Source: Camelus ferus (Eukaryota). From it: a DNA stretch of 64,000 bases. The stretch is from positions 58,158,001 to 58,222,000 of the forward strand of contig NC_045697.1 of assembly GCF_009834535.1 (NCBI RefSeq). Direction: 5' to 3'. Made by a program: the position numbers and the translations under genes. Position 1 is the first letter of the stretch; every line of letters starts with the position of its first letter. This document shows, piece after piece, positions 26,496 to 39,090 of this stretch. The notes under the pieces were generated by a model. That model had not been told where the DNA came from. It ran no database searches and saw nothing but the letters and a program-made list of their open reading frames with translations.

Positions 26496-28245
26496 ATGTT
26501 TAGGATCAATGTGGGCAAAAAGCTCAGGGAACTTGTTGGATACAAGAAGCAGGTTATTGCATCAGCAAGAGGGCCAGTGGCTGTTCTGACATCAGCAAGA
26601 GGGCCAGTGGCTGCTCTGAGCCCTACAGCAACACCCCCTTGTCTGCCTGGCTCTTCCAGTTGCCATTTAAGGTTAAAGTCAGCAGACAACTCAACTCAAC
26701 TCAAGACCCTTTCACCCTTTCAGTCCTCTCTCAGTAGCCCTTCCCACTGGCATGGCCTCCACATAACTCTCACTGGCTAAAATAATTTTTGAAGCTATAC
26801 TACAATTTCCTTCCACCTTCTGACCCACCTGAAGCCTCCGCTATATATAAGTCCAGTCCATCCCTACAATGGTCTGGCCCTGTTGGCACAGTGGAACTCA
26901 ATTCAGCATGGTACCATATAGAAACCAAATGAATCTTATGCATCAAATACATTCCCTCTCCTTCTCTCTGCCTAAGTTCACAGGTCTGTCCCCTTAAATG
27001 ACCACCCCATTTTAGTTCAATTCCATTCTGCCCTCAACTTTGTATTATAGTTGACTCTTGAACAATATGGGTTTCAACCTCACAGATTCATTTACGTGTG
27101 GGTTTTTTTAAATAAATGTATTGGAAATTTTTCTGGAAAGTTCTGACAATTTGCAAAAACTCACAGATGAATTGTGCATAGCCTAGAAATAAAGAAAAAA
27201 ATAAGAAAAACGTAGGTATGTCATGAATGCATAAAATGCATGTAGAACTAGTCTATCCTGTCATAGGCATAAGGTGAGTGATATGTAATATTAAAATAAT
27301 GTGTTAGTTTCTTACTGTTTTGAACTTTGCTTTCAAAGAAGTATATATCACTATACAGTATGTCTCTCTCTCTCTCTTTCATAATTGGAGAATCTGAGTA
27401 TCAGCCTATCATCACAAGTACTTTTTTTAATGTAGCAGTGTTTCCAACGCTGTACTATGAATATGACTAGAATAATGTATGCCATAAAAATTTTACAATG
27501 ATTCATTCATTAGTCTATAGGCTGGGTTATCATGAAACAATTGTGTCGATTACACTAAGTTACCATAAAGCAATCATATTGTTGCTTCTTCATTATTAAT
27601 GCATGAATCATATACCTGTAAATAAAAGTGAATTTGTTCACATTATCTTTTCATTTTTGATGTCAACTGCTAATAACATATCCAGCATCTACAGTGTTCT
27701 GTATCATGAGACATAGTTGATGCAGGTACTGGCAGAGGATTCATCTGTAAACAGACAACAGAAATCCACAGTATCAACTAGTACAGTACAGGCCTGTAAA
27801 GGTATGTTCTCCTTCCAGTTTTCTTAGTATCATTTTCTTTTCTCTAGCTTATTTTATTGTAATAATACATTTAACAAAAAATATATGATAACCAACTATT
27901 CATGTTATCGATAGTGCTTCCAGTCAGCAGTAGGCGGTAGTTAAGTTTTGGAAAGTCAAACATAATATGTGGATTTTTGAATGTGTGGGGGTAGGCCCCT
28001 ATCTCTGGCATTGTTCAAGGGTTGACTGTAGTTTTAAATCAATGCCTTCCCTTTCCCTCCTACTCTCTGGTCTGACCCATTTTGGGTTTCGCCCTTGGCT
28101 TGAACTGGGGACAGGGAAATAAAGGGACACAATTATCCTTAGATTCTAACCAATTCAGTTATTTTTCTCTTTTGCTTTCTTCCATGTCCTTTTCATGTCT
28201 CCACATTTCCTTGGTCACATTCCCAAATTCTCCCCAATTCTAACA
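26496..28245. mobile_element. Possible ancient LTR element (family unresolved), split by Tigger2
   Basis: TG start, ...ctaaca end, and a shift in composition on both sides of the Tigger insertion; weak support. Confidence 0.3.
27048..28028. mobile_element. Tigger2-group DNA transposon deletion derivative
   Basis: Terminal inverted repeats tagttgactcttgaacaa and ttgttcaagggttgactg; TA duplications at 27046-47 and 28029-30. Confidence 0.9.
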
Positions 28246-29516
28246 TCTTAAGTCTTAATGGAAGACAGAGTATTTCCTCTCAATTATTAGAAACTCTACA
28301 GTCTGCCCCTTGATAGGTTAAACATGAGCTAAAATAAATTTAGAAAAAAATTGTTACTTTTTATGAAGACTGGCTTTGAAGACTTTCTGGAAAATCTTAT
28401 TTTGAATGTCAAAAGTTTATTATCATTCTTCCTTTTTCTGTATATCTTCTGTAACAATCCATATAGTTCCCCCAAGTGAAATGTCTTGGGTCAAACTAAG
28501 AAGAAGATCTTGTGATAAGAAAATCATAAAAAAAAAAAAAAAGTATCAATTTTCTTTCCAATGTTATCTCACTACATATGCCTAATAAAGTCTTAAAATA
28601 AACATTGCCCAAAATGTTAGTATTTTCATAGTAAAGTCATAGATCTTTTTATTGCCTTCTTCATAAAATTTTCCCCAAACATTTTAGAAGGGTGATGTAT
28701 TATACTTATAACCAGATTAACAGTGTTAAAAAACACTTTAAAAATCTAAAAACCCAAATCATAACTATTTAGTATCTGTGTGGGGCAAAGTGCTTGGTTT
28801 CTAATAGCCTGAACCATGGAGTCAAAACAAGGAAGCACTAGCTCCAGTTAGGGCGGGGAAAGTCTAAACAATTTGTCCTGACAATAGAACAATTAAACAG
28901 AATAATACGTTATTTATTTATACTTTTTTCTCCTTTATACACTGAGATAATCAATGGTCTAAGTTCTGGAATCAACATGATATAAAATACATTAAAACAT
29001 GACAGTTTTTCTCCAAACAAATTAGATAAACATAACCTAAATCATTAGAATTCAGCTCAACCTAACAATCCCTATAACTGTTTTTACTTAAGGTCAAGAC
29101 TGTAGCACTTTAGATTCTATGGTCATCCCTCTTGACGTCAAGTCATGTTAGAAGTATGATCACCAAAAAAAAGACATTTCTATTCAACATAGCTTTAGTT
29201 ATTTCAATGCAAAAACAATGACAAATATAAATAATCAACAAAAATCTTGAATTTAAATTAAAGCAAGGAAAGAAAATATACCCTCTGCCCTAAGCTCAGT
29301 AAGTTTGCTTGTTAGTTTCCTAAATTTCTGATAAAACTTTGTTTAGAATAGAATACTTCTTTTAGATAAAATTTGCATCTCTGAGGTTAAAAAGTAACTA
29401 TTCAAAAATTGTTTTCATGCTCATAACTACAAACTAAACAGATTAACGGTTAAAAAGAAAAAAGATGGAGTATTTACATAAGTATTGTCTATAACTAAGC
29501 AGTTGTCAATCCTCAC

Positions 29517-29554
29517 AAACAGATCCACATGAGGGCAGTAGACCACGGAAAAGA
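29517..29554 (-). other. Candidate 38-nt exon of an unidentified minus-strand transcript
   Basis: Minus strand: cttttccttttgatgtgtttttgtgctacttttcatattccag | TCTTTTCCGTGG...GGATCTGTTT | gtgagg; lies in unique DNA; no recognised peptide. Confidence 0.3.
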
Positions 29555-30168
29555 CTGGAATATGAAAAGTAGCACAAAAACACATCAAAAGGAAAAGCAT
29601 ATTCAATTCTTGAATCCTTTCCCTTGGCAAGAAAAATGGCCTCGTATTTTAGAAACCGCAACTAACGTGAGTTACCAGTATCCTTCTTGTGACAAATAAA
29701 TCTTTTCTTTTTTTATTCCAACATACCGGCAGGAAAAAGCTGTTTTCTCTCTTCCCTCCCTATACAAATCCATAATGGATCTAATCTCATAAAAGTCTCA
29801 AAGTAAGCAAAATTCTTGTCCTCCTGTTTTTCTTTAAGTATTGACTAGGATAAAAATATCCTAGATAAATGAAAACTTCTGCTGTGGAGAGAGAGAAAAT
29901 TGTGTAGAGTATCAATTTAATTTATCATTTTTAAAGCACTTGAAGGAACGATAACTCTTTTAGTTAAAAAAATCTAGACAGAAAAAATAGAAGTGTAAAA
30001 TTTTTAGTATCAGGCTCATGAGTAATATGAGAAAAGGATTTGGGGAGTAGTTGTATATATTCTCATTATTGTCAGGATTTGAAGTTGGGAGTAAGGAAAA
30101 GTGATGGAAATTTTACAACTACTCACCCTTGCCTCCCCGATACTCCAAATACAATCTTTTACCCATCA

Positions 30169-30790
30169 TCTCTATTAGTTTTCTGTTACTGCTTTAACAG
30201 ATTACCACAAACTTGGTGGTTTACAACACACAATTATTTCCTCATAGTTTCTGTAGGTCAGAAACCTGAGATGGGTCTCACTGGATGAAAAGTCAAGTGT
30301 CTACAAGGCTGCACTCCTTACTCAGGCTCTGGGAAAGAAACCAGTCTAAGCTCATTCACATCATTGGCGTTTCAGTTCCATAAAGTTGTAGGATTAATTC
30401 CCTTTCTTCACTTGCTGTCAGCCAGGTACACCTGCACTCCTAGGAGCCTCTCATCCTCACTAAAGGGACCCCCACGTCTCAGAACCAGCAACAGCATACT
30501 GAGTCCCTCTCAGGCTAGGCATCTCTCAGATTTCCCCTTGTACTGCATCCTGTCTGCCTAATGTTGCTGTTGCATCTCCCTGATTCAAGCCAGATAAAGT
30601 TTTCTGTCCCCAGGAGCTCATGTGATAAGATTGGGACCACTCAGATAATCCAAGACCATTTGCCTATTCTGAAAAGCATAATTTAAATTACATTTGCAAA
30701 GTTTCTTTCGCCATTAAACATAACCTACTCAAAGGTTCCAGAGACAAGGATGTGGGCATCTTTGGGGAGTGATTATTAAGCCTGTCACAT
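30169..30790 (-). mobile_element. MLT1E-like MaLR solo LTR
   Basis: attagttttctgttactgctttaacagattaccacaaacttggtgg...ggatgtgggcatctttgggg...cctgtcaca. Confidence 0.85.
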
Positions 30791-31184
30791 AGTTTAACTG
30801 AGAAGAGGCTCTGAAGGGAATAGGGAAGCGTGGAGACAGCAAAGAAAAGGAATGGCAATAGAGATTAAAATTTTTTTTTCTGAGACTATTTACATTCATG
30901 TCCTTAATGTCTCTTACATACTACAAGCTCATTCCTATACTAGTATCTTATACCCTTTGCCCTGCTCAAAGCAAACCTCTTTTTTTTTTTTTTAAATGTA
31001 TTGCCTATTCAAAGCATCATCTGTTTTCTGGTTTCTAGGAAGATCCTTCTTCTTAAAGTAAACACCAATATTTACTCAAAATATTATTGATTTTCTTATT
31101 TCACAGAATCTCTAAACATTTCAGAACTAAGCCATTAGCATTTTTTAATGATTGACTAATGTAAATCTCACCTCCTCAAAGTAA

Positions 31185-31432
31185 TGTATGTGAGAGTTAA
31201 AAGCATGGATTCTACAGCAGAGTACCTAGATGATATCCCAGATCTGTCACTTGATAGCTGTACACCTTTAAGCAAGTTAATGCACACCTTTGTGTCAGTT
31301 TTCTTCTCTGTAAAACAGGAGTAACAATAATACCATGGTTTAAGAGAGTTAATACACATTGAGTGCTTCGAACAATGTCTAACACATAATAGGTGCTCAG
31401 TAAACACTAACTTTGATTTCTATTATTAATAC
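31185..31432 (+). mobile_element. MIR SINE
   Basis: Core gcaagttaatgcacacctttgtgtcagttttcttctctgtaaaacagg and tail taggtgctcagtaaac. Confidence 0.85.
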
Positions 31433-32110
31433 TGTTAAGTGATTTGAGAAAATATCCTATTTCTAGGTTATATTCAATAAGGCTCCAAATTCTTTAGCTG
31501 TATGTAATTTTCCCCTATATGATTTCTGTGTGTATGCCAGTAAAATATAGGTGAAAATTAATAGAAGCCACATATATATTGATACTTTAATAGTCATTAT
31601 TATATACACTTAATTTTATTTCAATAAAATGTCCTGTGTGCATTAATTATAGTTTGTATGAGAAGCTATACTTAATCTAAATCTTTTAAAGTGAGAATAT
31701 TTTACTTGATGATCCTAGACTGCTATTCAAACAAATAAGTGAGTATACATACATTTTATTTTGGCCTAAATCATTAAAGCAAAAGGCATGTAACTAGTGC
31801 TATAATATAATGCAGCACAGAAAATTCATAAGAAAGTAAAAGGAGCACTGACGGTATCAACTCAAGGGTCTTAGGTTCATGAACACTTTAACAGCCTTAT
31901 TTAAATTCTAATCATTGGTTTTTAAGTGATATTTTCTAAAATGAATTTTGTTTCATCTTTCTAGAAAACTAAATTTTAAGCAAACTATATCATTATTAGA
32001 TCCAATGAGAAAACATACCACTTCCTCATTCATTCAACTATTATTTATTGAGGTTAGAGATAGTATCTAAATAGTTAAGTGACAAGTGTGAAATAAAATT
32101 TCTTATTTTA

Positions 32111-32537
32111 TGATAAGAAAAGAAAAATTTAAACAAAAAATTTTCTCTGCCCTTTGGCCTCCTCTCTCCCTGCACTGTGCACTGTGTATCTGCACTATAC
32201 ATTGACCAAACCTCCCCCATCCACAGAAATACCTGCTCAACCATAAGAGCAACATTCTCCTAGCATCAAGACAACTCCTTAAAAGACAACATTCCTTCTT
32301 GATCCGGTAAGGGGCCATGATGACGCTTAGATCTGGATTGTGCAAACTGTCAATAATACATCATTTAATACACAGCCCTCTGTCTCAAAAATCTTACATA
32401 ACTATGCTTTGACTTCTAAGAGACAGGACAGTTCTCAGAACTTTTTTGGATGCTCTTCCTGAGTTATAATCCTCAAATTTGGCTTAAATACAATTTTCCA
32501 TTTCTTTCTTAGATTGACTGATTAATTTTTAACAACA
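32111..32537 (+). mobile_element. Class I (ERV1-type) solo LTR
   Basis: TG...CA ends; U3/R/U5-like tail cagttctcagaact...gttataatcctcaaatttggcttaaatacaattttccatttctttcttagattgactg. The 5' boundary is uncertain. Confidence 0.65.
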
Positions 32538-32914
32538 AACTTTAATTGCCAATCTTTGAAGCAATATTAGAGATAGAATCTCTGAAAAATGAGGAAAAAT
32601 GATCCCTAAGTATGGTCCTGAAGGTCATAGAGCTTGCTGTTGTAACACGCAGATTGAACTCTGTTCTGTTGTACTTCAAAGCCCAGCAGATTTCAGCACA
32701 AGGTGTTGTTGCTCATTAACTATCCTAATTTGAACGGTATTCCTCCCACCCAGTACCTAATAAATGCCTGTTTCACTTTTAGAGTTTAATAAACATGTGT
32801 TGAATAAGTGAATACATGAAATATATTATTAGATTAATTATAAAATTTTTCATTTGAAATCTTCCAAAGAAAGAATTGAATAGAATCATGCATTTCAAAT
32901 GTAGCAGCAACCTT

Positions 32915-33430
32915 GTAATGCTTTTGGCTTCAAGAAACAACATACCTACCATTAGTGACTGAAACACACGGTTCTATTAATAAATCTTGAATGACAAGAA
33001 GTCCAGAGGTTAATTCAGCAGCTCAACCATGTCAGACCTCTTCATCATTTATGATTCTCCTGACTCTTCACTTACAATTGCCTGCCGCTGCCACAAGCCT
33101 CAGTCACACGTAACTGTGTTGAAAGGCGAAGGTGGGAAGGAAATGAAGGACCCTCTTCCCTTATGCACCTCTCTCTTTTAATTAGAGAGGAAACTTTACC
33201 CCAACGTCCCTCAGCAGCGTTACTCCTCTGTCTTTATAGCCACAACAGGGTCATATGCTCAATCCTCCACCAGGTGAAAAGGTATAGGATTAATATAATT
33301 GACTGCGCCATTCAATAGTCACGCCCTGTGCAGAGCATAATTCTTCCCCTAAACGTGAATAAAATCAGCATCCTGTTTGCAAAAATAAGAGGACAAATGG
33401 CTAATTGGTAGGCAGCTAGCAGAAGCAGGT
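32915..33430 (-). mobile_element. MLT1K-like MaLR LTR
   Basis: acaagaagtccagaggttaattcagcagctcaac...aaaatcagcatcctgtttgcaaaaataagagg...ggtaggcagctagcag. Confidence 0.75.
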
Positions 33431-34061
33431 GCCCTTTCCTTAGTTCTCTCTGTCTGCCACATACTAGCCAGAGCGCTGGACATGTTTCAAACAGCTTAAG
33501 AGATGGAACCCATTTTCAACAATGCAATTGCTTATGCAGATATCATGAAAAATCACATAACAATGATAGTAATAATTCACACAAGCAAATGTAATAGGTA
33601 TTATTGTTTTTCCCATTCATCGATGAAGAAAATAAGATTTAATTACCTCGCCCAATAAGAGCACATATCAGCAATCTCAGCAGAGAAACTGAGAGTAGCT
33701 GAGACTCAAGTTCATGTTTCTGTGACTCCAAAGCTGGGATTCTTAATGTCTAAGATACATGACCTAAATGTCACCGGAGGACTGCCACTTAGAATGACTG
33801 AGATGAATTCTTGTTCCATGCATTTCCCATCTTTACTTTGTAACAGTTTTAATATCAACTGCTGCTTCTTTGGAATCAGAATTAATATCTATGGGAACAT
33901 AATGCTGTGCAAAGTACTGCATGTTATCAGAAATACCAAAATCTAGTTTCTGCGTTCTTGAAGACAATAGTCTAATGTGAAAAGCCAGCAGGGTGGAGGC
34001 GGGTAGGGTGAAGGTTTTTGTTTTCAAAGTCAAAATGAAAAAACAAACTTAGCGATAAAAT

Positions 34062-34115
34062 TCTCTCTCTTTCTCTCTCTCTCTCTCTCTGCCCCCTCTA
34101 CACACACACACACAC
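34062..34115 (+). repeat. (TC)n and (AC)n microsatellites
   Basis: Directly visible. Confidence 0.85.
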
Positions 34116-35919
34116 GAACTTGACCAGTAGACAACCTTTGTAAAATCTAAACATAATATCTGAACTTTTGTCTGGGAAATAAATAAACAAACACCTGTTT
34201 CTCCAGGCTACAATAATGAATATACAAGTTTTATAAAAGACTGCAATGCCTAGAAATGTCTAATGAAACCAAAGCATCTTTCAATCAATGATAGATTAAT
34301 TGAATTTAATATGGTGGGATTGGAAAAGTCACTGTAACTAATTGCCCTTACAGTCTGTGAATGCCTCTAACTGTGATATATAGTACCACATTTCAGTATT
34401 TTAGTTAAGGGTCTTGTTATTAAATTACCTTGAAACATCAATATTGGAGGTTAGAAAGCTCATTTACTATTTATCTGTGTTCTAAGATGAAAGGTCACCT
34501 TTTCTTTTAACATTTAGTTCTTATATTTTCCATGTGCCTGCGGCTAATGATAGCAAATTTAAAATAATGCAGTGATGTTACCTAGTGGAACAAAAGCAAT
34601 CAATCCCTACAAATACCTGGAGAAATTAAAAATATGCTGCAAAATTGATTGCTTGCCTAAACTAAATCTTATCATCTAGTAGCTAGTAAGCCTAATTTAG
34701 CTACATGATGAGTGCTACATATCACCTCTTTTCTGATTTCAAATTCAGCAGCCTCGGAAGAAGCATCGTTCATTTGTTCGTAGAATGTCACCGACACATA
34801 CATTAGCCCTTATAGTAGGATAAAAAAAAAATCCATCTGTCTTCTTAAAACCCTGTGACTTTCACAAAGAGTTGTTTACCATCTTTCCCATAAAAGCACT
34901 TCTAATATTGAAGAATCATGAGTCTGCCGTACACATACATGCATGTGTGTAATTCTTCCTATGACAGTTCACTATTGGGTCAATATAAAGCATCTTTATT
35001 AGGGTTTCACAATTATCTTATTGTTCTCAAAGATAAGCACAAGAAGGACAAAAACCACAGAGGTAGATCTCACACCTAATATATACCAAGCACCATCCTA
35101 GACTCTCTGATGTAGTCTATGTCACAGAGACTATCTCACAGTAACAGTAGTGGGGATGTTAGAAAAGAATTCATGGTGTTAGAAAATAATTATGATAAAA
35201 AATACTACTATAATTATCGAATGTCTATCATGTGCCAGGCACAGGTACATGAGAGGTATGCAATCATCTAAAAGTCTTACAAAACTCATGTAAAGGTAGT
35301 TGATATATAAATTTGTATAGATTGGATTCCTCTATGTATTGAATGTTAATTAGTTACATCTACGTTTTAAAACCAAATTTTGCTTTGGCTTTGGGACTTC
35401 AGTCTCAACTGTCTTATCAATTAGGAGGAAATTAAACTCAAACAAAAAAGAAATCGACTTTCTCTTCAAGTTCTAATGCATAATTACATTTGGAATTATA
35501 TTTTCCAACATAAGTTTAGAGTTTTCTTTCCAAGTTCTCTTTCTTTCCTTTTTTTTAGCCATTTTCAAAGGAGATATTTTAATAGTTACATATATTTTGT
35601 GTTTTTAAAAAAAGACACTGGAATTGTATGTGTATTAAAAAAAAACATTTACATAGGATATGGCCACAACCCTGAACTCAATTACTGTCCTGTGTAGCAA
35701 TGCTGTCTGCAGTCAGCACCCAACCAGTATCATTATAGTACTTGGTGCACATTAATAACCCTTTTGGTGTCCTAAGCCTGAAACCCACAGCTTTCATGAA
35801 ATTTTGATGGTGACATTTGTGACTTTTAATTAGTATAGGTGTTGAAACCAGATAATTAGTGTTAAAATCCACTACCCCCATTACCAAAAGAGGTAAACGT
35901 TCTGAATGATAGCGTAAGA

Positions 35920-36070
35920 CAGAAGTTGGCAAACTGCTTCTGTAAAGGACCAGATAAGAACTACTTTAGATTTTGTGGCCACTCTGTATGGTCTTTGTCC
36001 CAACTACTCTATCCTGCCATGGTAGAAGGGAAGCAGCCAGTCAATACAAACAGGCGGGCTGTGTTCCAAT
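35920..36070 (-). mobile_element. MER58A fragment
   Basis: ttggcaaactgcttctgtaaaggaccagataag...caactactct...ggctgtgttccaat. Confidence 0.85.
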
Positions 36071-36099
36071 CACTAGGCAGTGGATCAGATTTTCTTATG

Positions 36100-36638
36100 T
36101 TGTATACACATTTACACAAGTTTGGAATATTTTATAAATTCATATGTGATGCTTTCCTTGACCTATGTATTATTTAGAATTAAATGTGTTATTTAATTTC
36201 TAAATGTTTTGAGGTTTTCCTAGGCATCTTATTGTTACTGATTTCCAATTTAATTCCTGTGATAAGAAAACATACTCTATATGATTTGAAATTATTTATT
36301 TTCATTATAGAAGTTTCAAGTGTACAGCATTGTAATTTGACATCTGTATGTACCACAAAATGATCCTGACCATAAGATTAGTTACTATCTATCCCCATGC
36401 AGTTGACCCCCTTTACCCATTATGCCCAACCCCCAACTCCTTCCCCTCTGGTAACCACTAAGCTGTTCTCTGTATCTATGAATTTATTTGCTTTTTTTAT
36501 ATTCCACATATGAGTGAAATAATATGGTATTTATGTTTCTCCATCTGACTTATTTCACTTAGCCTAATACATTTCAAGTCTATCCATGTTGTCCACAATG
36601 GTTGGATTTCATTGCTTTTTGTGACTGAGTAGTATTCT

Positions 36639-36691
<53 letters not shown>

Positions 36692-36970
36692 CACATCTTC
36701 TTTATGCATTCATCCACTGATGGATAGTTAGGTTGTTTCCATATCTTGCCTGTGTTAAATAATGCCGCAATGAACACATAGGTGCATTTATCTTTTCAAA
36801 TAAGTGTTTTCTTATTCTTTTGAAAAATATTCAAAAATAGAAAAGCTGGGCCATATGGTACTTTTATTCTTAATTTTTTGAGGAATCTTTATACTGTTTT
36901 TCAGTGTCTCCACCAATTTATAGTTCCACCTAACAGTGTTTGAGGATTTCCTTTTCTCCACATTCTTGTA
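36100..36970 (-). mobile_element. L1 fragments (older ORF2 piece to about 36290, then an L1MA9-like 3' end)
   Basis: attccacatatgagtgaaataatatggtatttatgtttctccatctgacttatttcacttagc; peptide KHKYHIISLICGI on the minus strand. Confidence 0.88.
36640..36689 (+). repeat. (TG)n microsatellite inside L1
   Basis: Directly visible uninterrupted TG run. Confidence 0.97.
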
Positions 36971-37559
36971 TTTTGTCCAGAACTTATTGTTATCTCTAGG
37001 AATTTCCTAGAGAACATGGTTATGAAAAGTGTTTAGCCCAATTTATTTTTAAAATGTGAATGCAGGGCTCTACATTTACCTTGCTACATTTCATTTTATT
37101 GGTATTAGACCACTGCTTATATTGATTATAACTTTTTCTCAACATGTATCATAATGCCTAGGATTCACCAACAAAATTCCTAGACTTATACTGAATGAAT
37201 GAAATAATTTTACATATTGTTTCTAACACTTGTATTATCTTTCCCGCCTAGTTGTGTTCCTATAGAAGCAATAGCTTACAACTGTAGTCCTGGCTAAAAC
37301 TATTTACAGAAAATTATTTAAGATATACCATTTCAATTTTCCTCCTAGATTGTCACTGATCCTTATCACATTATTTAAGCATTGCTGCGAAATAAATACA
37401 TACCCATCATCTCTTTCTAAGTTATATGTATGTATGTGTGTGCAGTGTATGTATGTGTGTATTCCCATGAATCTTTCTCTTCCTTCCTTCCTTCCTTCTT
37501 TCCTTCCTTTCGACTCAGACTTGCATCTTTTCCTTTTGAATCACATCATCTTTAATTGA

Positions 37560-37845
37560 TAGGAATTCCCATCCCCTGGGTCTTTACCAGCCAGTGACTC
37601 ACTGATGTGGAGCTATAGCAGCCCTACTCCCATGATGAAGTGTTGGTGGGATCACATTCCAGAACTACTATGAAATCAGGCTGAGGCTATACATCTCTGA
37701 TAGTCATCTTTGCCCACCTTATTCCTCTGCTCTAGCCTGCTTTCATTATAATCCTACATAGTTCTCTTAAGAGAACTTCCTGGATTAATCCCTTGTACAA
37801 CAACCTCTTTCTCATGGTCCACTTTTGGAGAACCCAAACTAAAGT
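37560..37845 (+). mobile_element. LTR16-like ERV-L LTR fragment
   Basis: atcaggctgaggcta and the terminal aacctctttctcatggtccacttttggagaacccaaactaaag. Confidence 0.65.
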
Positions 37846-37949
37846 AGCCCTCTTTAGCTCCCATTTTTAAAAAAAAAAATTGCATTTGATTTCACTTTCT
37901 ATTTCAATGAAGAAAAGTTAAAAGAATAACCATGGAAAACACTGGAGAT

Positions 37950-39090
37950 TAACTCAATAAAATCCTCCAATCTTCTTCTACTATACCTTGCTGTATACTG
38001 GAGATTAGAAAACTAAGACTAAATTTTCAGTAACCCAGTCATAGAATGACAAATATGTAATTCCACTTATATGAGGTAATTAATGTAGTCAAATTCATAG
38101 AAACAGAAAATAGAATGGTGGTTTATCAGGTGCTGGGAAGAGAAGAGAAAGAATTGTTTCATAGATACAGAGTTTCCATTTTGCAAGATGGTAAAGTTCT
38201 GGGGCTCTATTTCATAAAAATGTGAATATACTTAGCACTATGAAACTATAGACTCAAAAATGGTTAAGACGGTAGAGAAAGAAAAAATAATATGGTAAAT
38301 ATATACATATACACATGGAAAAAATCCATATAAATTAATTCCACTGAAAGTGGGCTTTTTTCTGTTTTATTCATTAATGTAGCATCAACATCTAGAAAAG
38401 TGCAAAGATATAGCTGGTGTTCAACAACTTTTGAACAATAAACATATTTCTTAGCAAAAAGAAATCACAAAAGAATATATGCCAGTATGTATTTCATTTG
38501 TGTGAGTGTATCTCTGTGTGTATGTGTATAAATGTGTACACACACATACATATACTACTCCATTATAGTCAGGATAAAATAGGTTATGCTGCTGTAACAG
38601 ACAACTGTAAATAAACCACGTTATTTTGCAAAAAAAGAAAAAGATTAAATTTCCTAAGACTATTTTGTAGCTCAGGATCCCCAGATGACTTAGGTTCTAC
38701 TAAGCAAATATATCTACATGGGAATTGGAAAGCAAAAAGAGTAAGATAAGTCAATCATGAGTGGCTCTCCTGACGATCACTGTAGAGAGGCATTTAATTA
38801 TTTTGCAACAGCTGTAACAGAGGATTCCTTCCTCCTCCTGACCCTTTCCATTTTTCCTCTCCTTTATGAGTCTCTTAAGGTAGGCAGTAATAACAGAAAG
38901 ATTTTGTCTAACTAACCATATGACAGTTGGATGCATTATCATATCTATACTTCTTTTGCATCATGAAAACCTGGGTCCCTGATTCTCCTAGAAATTTTAT
39001 CAGATAACTCATGTTTTCTGATAAACCCCTACCCACAAAACTAGCTACGGTGGATACAGTTGCCTGAAAGTAAAAATTCTAACTAAGAAG
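37950..39090 (+). mobile_element. LTR33/LTR41-like ERV-L LTR interrupted by a composite insertion (38029-38640)
   Basis: The aagactaaattttc motif recurs at 38641 and continues as taagactattttgtagctcagg...ttaggttctactaagc; 3' part tgataaacccctacccacaaaactagctacggtggatacagttgcctg. Confidence 0.6.
38029..38275 (+). mobile_element. L1MB2-like 3' end
   Basis: attccacttatatgaggt...gtagtcaaattcatagaaacagaaaatagaatggtgg...ttttgcaagatggtaaagttctgg...aaaaatggttaagacggta. Confidence 0.88.

Noticed and set aside
37632..37684. C-box/D-box-like pair (ATGATGA...CTGA)
   Set aside because: Too short, no terminal stem, and lies inside an LTR16-like element.
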